From Octopus bimaculoides (taxonomy: Eukaryota): a DNA stretch of 34,228 bases. The stretch is taken from NCBI RefSeq assembly GCF_001194135.2, contig NC_068990.1, positions 41,975,756 to 42,009,983 of the forward strand, given 5' to 3'. The notes under the pieces were generated by a model. It ran no database searches. It was not told the origin of the DNA and saw nothing but the letters and a program-made list of their open reading frames with translations. A program made the translations under genes and the position numbers. The first letter of the stretch is position 1; each line of letters begins with the position of its first letter. Positions 24,890 to 34,228 of the stretch are shown here, in pieces.

Positions 24890-25884
24890 CGGACAGCCAG
24901 CCAGCCAAACAGACAAGTTTGTCGAGCGTCGCAAACAGAATGACTTGAGTTGCTCGTTCTGTCTTTTTGCACTTTTGCGTTTAGAACCTTCCTAAATCAG
25001 TTTTCATATTCATCTATTCGTTACATAGTGTGCTCAATACACGCCGCATGTCACGGAGAAGTCTCTAAGTAATATACATTACGTGCTGAGGGTCTTTGAA
25101 AGAAGGTGTGTGTGTGTGCGCGTGCGCACGTGCTTGTACAGTTTTTGAGAAGGAGAAGATTGGCTGAGGGCGAACGGGAGATTGTAAAGAAAGAAAGAAT
25201 GGACGAAAGAAAAACTGAAAGAACGAAAGAAAGAGTCGTTAGAGATGGAAGAAACAGATTAGAAAAGGACAATAGAGCCAAAGTGAAGATGAAATCTGTT
25301 TGCAAATGAGCGATCAATGAGGAATGATTGATCTTGAACGAGGACTTTTAAGCGTTATGAACTTGAAAGTAGAGAATTTTGAAGTGACCCCATTTAATTT
25401 CTGGTACATAATTTAAATTTTCTCGGAGGAGAAAATGCACCAGTTGTCTTTATGAAATCTGAACTCAAATATTTCTCTCACTTTAGTTATCAGCGAAATA
25501 GTTTTGTATGTGCCATGTACAATGTATATAGATAAAGGATCCTTTAAACAGGGGACAGATATGTGTGTATGTGTATGTGATTTTACAAAGGTACATATTA
25601 TATAGATATATGAGATATAAAATGCTTAGGTATATACTTAGGTGCATAAGTATTTTGGTAGAAATTACATAGCTATAAACTTACTAGATAATTTTAATAG
25701 ATGTATTTAGGTACATATGTACAAGGCATATAAATATATCGATATTAGTTACATTATCTTGTACATATGCAAGCAGAGTTTCCTTTGAGTCTGAATAGGT
25801 ACTTCATTCTGTGTGATTCAATCATATTGAGTAAAGATGAGGAACCTTTTTAGCATTAGGTTTCGAAGAAGATGCGCATAAGAA

Positions 25885-26085
25885 CCCTGGGTGGCATATA
25901 TACTGAGAAGGCTAACGAATCTTTCTGTTCGACTTTACGTTCTGAGTTCAAATTCCTCACGGGTCGACTTTGCCTTCCAACCTTTCGGGTTCGATAAAAT
26001 AAGTACCAGCTGAACTGGTACTGGATCCATATTATTAACTTTTTCGCCGCTCCCACCAAAATTGGCCTTGAGACAAAATTCATAG
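25885..26085 (+). mobile_element. tRNA-derived SINE, family A
   Basis: ACGTTCTGAGTTCAAATTCC (B-box), GGGTCGACTTTGCCTTCCAACCTTTCGGGTTCGATAAAATAAGTACCAG and CAAAATTGGCCTTG, all collinear with the 9933-10157 copy. Confidence 0.85.
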
Positions 26086-28266
26086 TTATATACCTTATCT
26101 ATATACATATATATTAAATACGCTTTGATATCAAGCTTAAACGAACTTTTAGAGACTCCACAAGAGGGAGCCTTTTCACTCGCAAGTGACAGATTTCTTT
26201 CCACTAACCTTGGTCTCTCTTCTGCTATAAACATTTCTTGTCTGTCTCTCTACAAACACCATTTGTTAATTTCTTTAATTGTAAATACTTCAAGTCTGCA
26301 TCTTTAGTTATTTACATAACCTGTTTGCGTTTTTAACTACATACACTTCCTGCCTATTAACTTTTACTCGTTTCAGCTAGAGACTGAACATGCTGTGGCA
26401 TTCCCATAACCATACACAATTTCTATCTTCCTTCTGAGCTTTATAGCGGTAACAAGAATCAATTTAGTGAGTACTTCGGTAGAAAACACTGTAAAAGCAG
26501 GGCATGGGCTGTTTTACGGATGTAAAAAAATTGGACTAAAAATAAAAGATAAGCCAACTGAAAATATATTAATATGAAACAAACAAACAAAAAAAATGCA
26601 CTACAAATGCAGGAAATTGATAACCCAAGATTTTGAAACAAAACATTTATAACCAGAGGTATTATTTTTTCCTCTAAAATCTCAGTCTCTGGAATAATTT
26701 ACCTGGTGGTGTTAATCTAGCACATTTGCTCAATCTTACAACAATGTACGCCGGTCTGTTTCACAGAAATATGTTCTCAAAATGAATCTGTAATAGTGTT
26801 TTGAGAATTTTGTCTCTGACTTCCTGGTTCAGTTTCATGTGTATTTAGCTTTGGAATTTTCCAATTGTTTTCAACTTAATTTACAGACATCTAACAAGTA
26901 TACACGATGATGGTCAGTAGCTCTGATTGAGTTGTCTTCAACTCAGATAAATCATCTATAACATACAATACGAAGACAATGTTGATTGCTGCACCAATAA
27001 ATAAAATCAACATTCTAAATGAATGTGACGACTTAGTATAATTCTTCAAGTAATTTAATTCTTTAGATCTTTATTGAAATGAAATTAATATAAATTTATC
27101 TCTTTCAGAGTACAGTTCTCTGTTTTGAAGGTGAGATATTGTTACGAGACGAATACCATCTGTATATACACGTTTGTCATTGAATCAGTGGAAGAGCCTC
27201 TAGGCAGTCACACGACCTGCTAAAGTAGCAGCTAAATAGCTTCCGAGCCACACCTTACAATCTTACATGATATACATGTTTTAAATAATATCTGAAAATA
27301 ATGTGTGATGGTTTTGATTGGAACTCTTTGATAATAGGTTTGCTTGATCACAATTGATCTTGGTCTAAATAGCAAGAACAGAAATACGTTTGTCGATTTA
27401 TTTTTTCTTGCTCAGTATAAATTAAACCAGTTGAACAATATACAAAGATTTACCTTGCTACAGGTAGCCGATAGATCACTGAGTCATGGCCAATATTTTG
27501 TCACTCTTCAAGTTATCTATTGTCGATGAACCATTAAGATAAATAGTAGATATAATCAAACATGGCTTTTGACTAACACCAGACTATTGATAGATCGAGG
27601 AATGACTAGTCGATATGACCTAATTTGATTATTGATTATACAGAAGTAGTGAATATCTTAAGCGGTTTTATCAAGGCTTTTACAGATTCGTGGATTATTG
27701 TGTTCAAAATGGTCTAAAATTTTCTACATGGTCCCTCGACTTCCAGGAAAAAATAGTTAGATTTTGTTCAAATCTCAGCTTACTGTTTTAAAAAGAGTAA
27801 GACACGTTGGATAATGTACTCCTATAAAGAAAATGCCATAATCACGGTTCAGATCCGTTTTTATCTTTTTTCTTCTTTTTTTTTTTTGGTCTATTGTATC
27901 GCAGCTGACCTAAATCCTAACAACAACTACATCTAGACTTAATGGAACAGCCCTACTTAACTTAAAGAATTTTTAATACATGATTACCAAATTATCAAGT
28001 AACATTTTACAGATCCTTGAGATACTTCTGCTATTGTACGGATATCACCAAAGAAAGTGTCCCAGAGTTTAACGTGTTAATACATAAGCGCTGTGGAGAA
28101 TACAAATAATATATCGACTGAGTATATAATCTGGTTTCGATCCAGTGTTAATATAATTTGAGCGAACTTACCAATTGTCTTTGAGAAAGATATGAAGGCT
28201 CTAGAAATCTAATTACTCACTCTCTTTTGAATTAGCAATTTGTGTTTAAGAAATTAATTTCCATCC

Positions 28267-28267
<1 letters not shown>

Positions 28268-28299
<32 letters not shown>

Positions 28300-28410
28300 G
28301 ATGGGGATAGTGGTGGCGGTGGTGGTGATGGTGGTGGTAGTAGTGGTGGTGGTGGTGGTGGTGGTGGTGGTGGTGGTGGTGGTATTTGGTGGTGGTGGTG
28401 GTGGTGGTGG
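28268..28410. repeat. (GTT)n-(GGT)n microsatellite
   Basis: Directly visible. It is the source of the poly-P/poly-H ORF. Confidence 0.95.
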
Positions 28411-29282
28411 TTAGTCCCTAAGACCTTTCCATTCACAACCATTTCTGCCCATGCCAGACTAAAATCTGTCTTACTCGTTGCCAGGATACAACTCGAAGGA
28501 GAATTGAACGTTATTTCTAGCAAGTCGACCGAACCCATAACGGTTTATTCCATGGCGCTACTATCGTTTACATTATGAACAGTGCAGAACAACTGGTATA
28601 ATTTCAAATTATTCAGCAAAATCTACGAACTCAAGTTCAATACTATAGTAAAATCATTTTTCCATCATTTGCAGCACCAATCTCCTTGCAAACATACAAT
28701 GGTCGCTGTGTACGTATTTTGCTTTTTCATATAAATTTCAGACCATGCGTCCATATATGAAATCGATTTTGCTTCATTTTCTTTGTTAAACTGTTGGATA
28801 TTTGTCCGATAGATCCGCTAATGACACGGTGACTAATCGATAGGAAGTGGTGTTATTGATTTAGACAATGGTCATCAGACAGATTCAGGTTTTAGTAAAT
28901 ATTCAGACTTGCCAATAGAACAAATATTAAACTTTTTCAAATTAACAATGTTGGGTTGGAGGAAATGAGAAAAAGAGGGAAAGAGAGTGGGGNNNNNNNN
29001 NNNNNNNNNNNNNNNNNNNNNNNNNNNNNNNNNNNNNNNNNNNNNNNNNNNNNNNNNNNNNNNNNNNNNNNNNNNNNNNNNNNNNNNNNNNNNNNNNNNN
29101 NNNNNNNNNNNNNNNNNNNNNNNNNNNNNNNNNNNNNNNNNNNNNNNNNNNNNNNNNNNNNNNNNNNNNNNNNNNNNNNNNNNNNNNNNNNNNNNNNNNN
29201 NNNNNNNNNNNNNNNNNNNNNNNNNNNNNNNNNNNNNNNNNNNNNNNNNNNNNNNNNNNNNNNNNNNNNNNNNNNNNNNNNN

Positions 29283-29313
<31 letters not shown>

Positions 29314-29865
29314 GTGAATATATATATAAATATATGAATATGTGTATGTATGCATATATATATATATATATAAACATACACACATACATACATACATACA
29401 TACATACATACATACATACAATATATGTGTGTTTGAATGTGCGTGCAAATATATATAAGTGTACTTATATGTGGGAATGGATAAGTGTGTAAGTGCATTA
29501 ATTTGTGTCTATACCTTCGTGTCTTTGTATGTGTGCGTATATGTGCTGTTACTCGTATGAAACAGGTTATTTCTTGTATACTAAATATCATCGTTTACTT
29601 TTTGATGGCCAAATATATTGATTTATCAAAAATAAATAAATAAATAAAATAATAATAAAAATGAAAATAAAAACATTGTTCACAATGAAGAAATTATAGG
29701 GGGAAAATCAATAATCCGCCAAACATATTACTGGTATTTTTTCCAACGTTACAAAAAGAATGGAATAAATGTTTGGCACCGATAGCATTTAAAAGCAGAA
29801 ATTATAGGACAGGAACTATTAATGTCTTACAAATTTAGGGTCCTATATGTATTCTCATACAATTC

Positions 29866-30211
29866 TTTCTAATTTAGGCACAAAGCCAGCATTTTAGTGG
29901 GATATAGGTGATGACATCTACCTCAGGATTTAACTGGCACTATATTTGATCGACTTCGAAAGAATTGATTTTTTTATAAAAGGGGTATACGCATGCAGAG
30001 GGACTCGAACCCGCGACCCCCAGATTACTTCTAAGGTTGACCTATAAAAGTCTAATGCTCTATCGACTGAGCTATACGTGTGGACATCGACTTCGAAAGA
30101 ATGTAGAGCAAGTTTGACCTAGGAATGATCTAAACGCTGAACCGTGAAGAGCTGGAAAAAATCCTGCAGGATATCTTTTTCCGACAAGCTAACAATTAAT
30201 GCCAATTACTC
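29866..30211 (-). mobile_element. Old SINE family A copy interrupted by a pre-tRNA retrocopy
   Basis: TTTCTAATTTAGGCACAAAGCC..TAACTGGCACT..ATCGACTTCGAAAGAAT [insertion] GTAGAGCAAGTTTGACCTAGG..GCTAACAATT..GCC is collinear with the other family A copies once 29966-30102 is removed. Confidence 0.75.
29990..30081 (-). pseudogene. Intron-containing tRNA-Lys(TTT) retropseudogene (unspliced precursor)
   Basis: Minus strand: ACACGTA TA GCTC AGTCGATA GAGC A TTAGA CTTTTA [TAGGTCAACCTTAGAAGTA] A TCTGG GGGTC GCGGG TTCGAGT CCCTC TGCATGC G. This is 73 nt plus a 19-nt intron (30026-30044) at position 37/38, with the anticodon at 30046-30048. Defects are two acceptor-stem mismatches, one T-stem mismatch, and GA instead of GG in the D-loop. 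Confidence 0.92.
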
Positions 30212-30382
30212 AGTCTAATATATTTTAAGCTGGATCTTCAATTATCAACTTCTGAAGTTTCAATCGCGAGCAAAACATTTTATTAAACTACTCTACTCCG
30301 TTGAGTGAGTACTTTCTTGTCCAGTTTGCTTATATTATTGTATAATACATGTATATGAATGTGTGTGTCTTTATGAATATAC

Positions 30383-30421
<39 letters not shown>

Positions 30422-30859
30422 NNNNNNNNNNNNNNNNNNNNNNNNNNNNNNNNNNNNNNNNNNNNNNNNNNNNNNNNNNNNNNNNNNNNNNNNNNNNNNN
30501 NNNNNNNNNNNNNNNNNNNNNNNNNNNNNNNNNNNNNNNNNNNNNNNNNNNNNNNNNNNNNNNNNNNNNNNNNNNNNNNNNNNNNNNNNNNNNNNNNNNN
30601 NNNNNNNNNNNNNNNNNNNNNNNNNNNNNNNNNNNNNNNNNNNNNNNNNNNNNNNNNNNNNNNNNNNNNNNNNNNNNNTATATATACATATATATATATA
30701 TATTTACACATACATATGTCTATATATTTGTTTATATATATATATATATATATATATAAGAATGAGATCAAGAGACCAATGGCATAAGTAAATTTATCTT
30801 TTATGTAGAATGTCTTACAGCTGTTTCAGGGAAAATTCGATGTATCCCTTCATCGAAGA

Positions 30860-31005
30860 CGGTAATAGTAGAAGAATGGATTATTCTGTTGAAGAGAGTA
30901 GGCTCGAAACGTCAGACATTCCCATTCTTCCCGAGCTTTAAACTAGTGCACCTGCTCGTTGCTCCTTCACCTGTCCTCGTCTTTTGTTCTCTGTAAATTT
31001 GAACT
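30860..31005 (+). mobile_element. Penelope-like element terminus (pseudo-LTR remnant) ending in a TA-rich tract
   Basis: TGAAGAGAGTAGGCTCGAAACGTCA is the typical CTGAAGA..CGAAACGT Penelope terminal motif. It is followed by a pyrimidine-rich tail running into TATATA. Confidence 0.6.
30885..30918 (+). ncRNA. Degenerate minimal type I hammerhead ribozyme motif
   Basis: TTGAAGA (30889-30895, C3 replaced by T), stem II GAG/TAGG/CTC, GAAA, palindromic ACGT stem III and C17 at 30913. TCT (30885-30887) and AGA (30914-30916) form an imperfect stem I with an unpaired G at 30888. Confidence 0.5.
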
Positions 31006-31479
31006 ATATATATGTGTGTGTGTGTGTGTGCGTGTGTGTGTGTGTGTACGCTGTACAGATATAAAGGATTAACTAATGTTTATTGTTTTTCTTACAACAT
31101 AGCTAGGTGTTTCATCTATTGTCTCCTCTTACTCATCATAAGCACTTCCACCACCGACACCTCATCAACTATCATAAACGCTTGCGCCTACACACGAACA
31201 GAAACTTTACGCGGTCGCAGGACCTCTTAGAGGCGCTCAACCTCTTTAATAACGTCTCACCATTTCAAGAAAGATTATATTGGGTAACATGCTTCTGAGT
31301 TCCTTGGCACGGTAACGGTTTGAACACCTTCCATCAAAGGTTTGTTTAAACAGGGCTGAGCTGGAGGCTAAACAAGAGCGAAATCCAATACTGTTTGCTC
31401 CAACCACCATCACCATCATTGTCACCCCCACCTTCTCCACACCCCCATCAATTGTACTAGCACCATTAACAATTCAAGC

Positions 31480-31610
31480 ATCATCTTGCATATATATTAG
31501 CAACACTGCCCCAACTAAAGCCACCACCATCATCACCATCATCATCATCACCATCATTTCTCATCGTCATCGTCGTTGTCATCATCATCATCGTCATCAT
31601 CATCATCATC

Positions 31611-31657
<47 letters not shown>

Positions 31658-31861
31658 TATCATTAACAACAACAACAACAACAACGGCAGCATCATCGTT
31701 CTCAGCATCGTCTTCACGCTACTATTGATATTGCTGCTGGTGTTGCTGCTTCTGGTATGGCTGCTGCTGCGACTGCTGCTGCTGCTGTTACAACTACTGG
31801 TGGCGCTTCTGCTGCTACAGCAACTACTACTATTATTACTACAAATTATAATAATAATAAC

Positions 31862-31906
<45 letters not shown>

Positions 31907-31927
31907 TAACTAATAATAATGATGATA

Positions 31928-32004
<77 letters not shown>

Positions 32005-32199
32005 GGTGGTGGTGATGATNNNNNNNNNNNNNNNNNNNNNNNNNNNNNNNNNNNNNNNNNNNNNNNNNNNNNNNNNNNNNNNNNNNNNNNNNNNNNNNNN
32101 NNNNNNNNNNNNNNNNNNNNNNNNNNNNNNNNNNNNNNNNNNNNNNNNNNNNNNNNNNNNNNNNNGTGGTGGTGGTGGTGGTGGTGGTGGTGGTGGTGG

Positions 32200-32254
<55 letters not shown>

Positions 32255-32290
32255 GATGATGATGATGATGATGATGACGATGATGATGAT
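31480..32290. repeat. Compound trinucleotide tract (CAT/AAC/CTG/AAT/GAT/GGT) spanning gap 32020-32165
   Basis: Directly visible. It is the source of the poly-M/H/D/I ORFs. Confidence 0.95.
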
Positions 32291-32460
32291 TTATCCGTTT
32301 CGTTTCACTGTGAGATGAAACTCTCATCGACATCACTGTCTCTACATTCCTTAAAAATGATAGCCATTCCACCACCATAAAATTACCGTCACACATTAAC
32401 AGCACACGCCACCGCCACCGCCATAACACACTACCGCACGCCGCCGTCGTCGCTACCAGT

Positions 32461-32494
<34 letters not shown>

Positions 32495-33126
32495 CTATTC
32501 TGATTATGTCATCACCATCATCACCTTTAAATAGATCGCAACCACAAGTACGAAGCACTATCTGAAACACTATTATTAGAACCCACGCCAACTACCATCA
32601 CCGCCACCATTACAAGCACCACAAACTCCATAACATACACCAACGTTACTAAGACCACCACTGCAACCACAACAACACTACCAACATAACCCCAACCACA
32701 ACTCCAACCCCAACAACATCGCGTTCTACCACATCAGCATTTCACAACACACACGCACGCACACACACATACAAACACACACACACACACAAATACACAC
32801 GCAAGCACACACACACACACACGCACGCACTCACGCATAAACACACACACACACTTAGAATAATCATTGCCATCACTATCATGGCCACCTCGAACACAAA
32901 CACCAGAGACAACACCACATCGTCTCCTACACCAGCATCATCACCATCACTAGCGTCCACCGCCACCACCTCCGCCACCACCAGCACCACCACCAGCACC
33001 ACCAACGCTATTCTATCATCGATATTATGGAGGACGCCAAGCTGTTGTTTGCTAATGTCAATACAAAGAGTGTATAATGTTCACTATACAGTGAATCTAC
33101 ATAATTTAGCGCATTAGACTACGTGA

Positions 33127-33181
<55 letters not shown>

Positions 33182-33564
33182 TATGTGTGCGTGCGTGTGT
33201 GTATGTATATATATATATATATATGTATACACACACTAATATATACAAATATATATTATACTTATACAAACAAATATAAATATATATACATATANNNNNN
33301 NNNNNNNNNNNNNNNNNNNNNNNNNNNNNNNNNNNNNNNNNNNNNNNNNNNNNNNNNNNNNNNNNNNNNNNNNNNNNNNNNNNNNNNNNNNNNNNNNNNN
33401 NNNNNNNNNNNNNNNNNNNNNNNNNNNNNNNNNNNNNNNNNNNNNNNNNNNNNNNNNNNNNNNNNNNNNNNNNNNNNNNNNNNNNNNNNNNNNNNNNNNN
33501 NNNNNNNNNNNNNNNNNNNNNNNNNNNNNNNNNNNNNNNNNNNNNNNNNNNNNNNNNNNNNNNN

Positions 33565-33625
<61 letters not shown>

Positions 33626-34228
33626 GTAGGTATGTATGTATACGTACTCAGACACACACACGCACGCATACACACTGACACTGACACATATATAGGTATG
33701 TATAAACGCATTCATGTTTGTATATTCACGTGTATGCGTATATATGTAAATGTATATACAGTAATACGTAGAAATATATATGAGTGATTGTCCGTGCCTG
33801 TGTTCGTCTGTATGTGTGTGCGCGCGCGTGTGTGTATGCATGCGTGTATGCATGTGTGTGTGTGTGCATGTATGTTTATGTCTGTCAGTTTGTACGCCTG
33901 TATGTATGTATGGTGTTATTTCTGAAAGTTACATCTCCCCCACTTAGTCATGAACACCGCGCCACCAGTCCCCCTTGATCACGAACACTACCGTGCTAAG
34001 TGAAAGCCGAAAACCTTTCTATAGACACAGCTTCATAATTAAAAATATCATGATTTTTATCCATTACACAAGTGGCGAGAATTTCTTAAGGTACTTATCC
34101 CTTACAATACAGGTCATTAGGTGCACAATATGCTGGCTTTGTTATATTCCTGCTCTGGTGTGTATACACAAATATATGCATATATATACATACACACACA
34201 CACATATATATATATATCTATATATATA

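Noticed and set aside
23808-24934. ORFs of 214-311 aa with YI/CV/HT repeats (also the similar ORFs at 8217-9108, 28875-29591, 30283-30791 and 33131-33853)
   Set aside because: These are dinucleotide microsatellites plus N-runs, with no protein-like content.
26640-27000. Minus-strand frame that reads somewhat protein-like
   Set aside because: About six stops in ~120 codons is near the expectation for AT-rich DNA, and no family motif was recognised.
28490-28540. Short TATTTCTAGCAAGTCGACC motif, loosely similar to 12095-12145
   Set aside because: It may be a common short repeat family, but the two segments align too poorly to support a call from this window alone.

Overview
AT-rich, microsatellite-saturated eukaryotic DNA with 11 assembly gaps, most of them flanked by simple repeats. 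The repeat families resemble those I recall from octopod cephalopod genomes; the taxon is an inference, not checked. No intact host protein-coding gene is supportable, and almost all ORFs in the track are translations of microsatellites or N-runs. The unique sequence is mostly decayed mobile elements: several tRNA-derived SINE copies, several RTE-clade LINE fragments (one an apparent 5'+3' internal-deletion derivative), a CR1/L2-group LINE end, a very old Ty3/gypsy gag-pol fossil and two mariner transposase remnants. It also holds a little-decayed YqaJ/lambda-exonuclease-family reading frame, a long-TIR foldback element and a Penelope-like terminus with a degenerate minimal hammerhead motif. 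The clearest unusual feature is a 120-bp retroposed, unspliced pre-tRNA-Lys(UUU) at 29966-30085. It keeps its leader, a 19-nt canonical intron, trailer, TTTT terminator and A-tail, and sits between exact 17-bp target-site duplications inside an older SINE.
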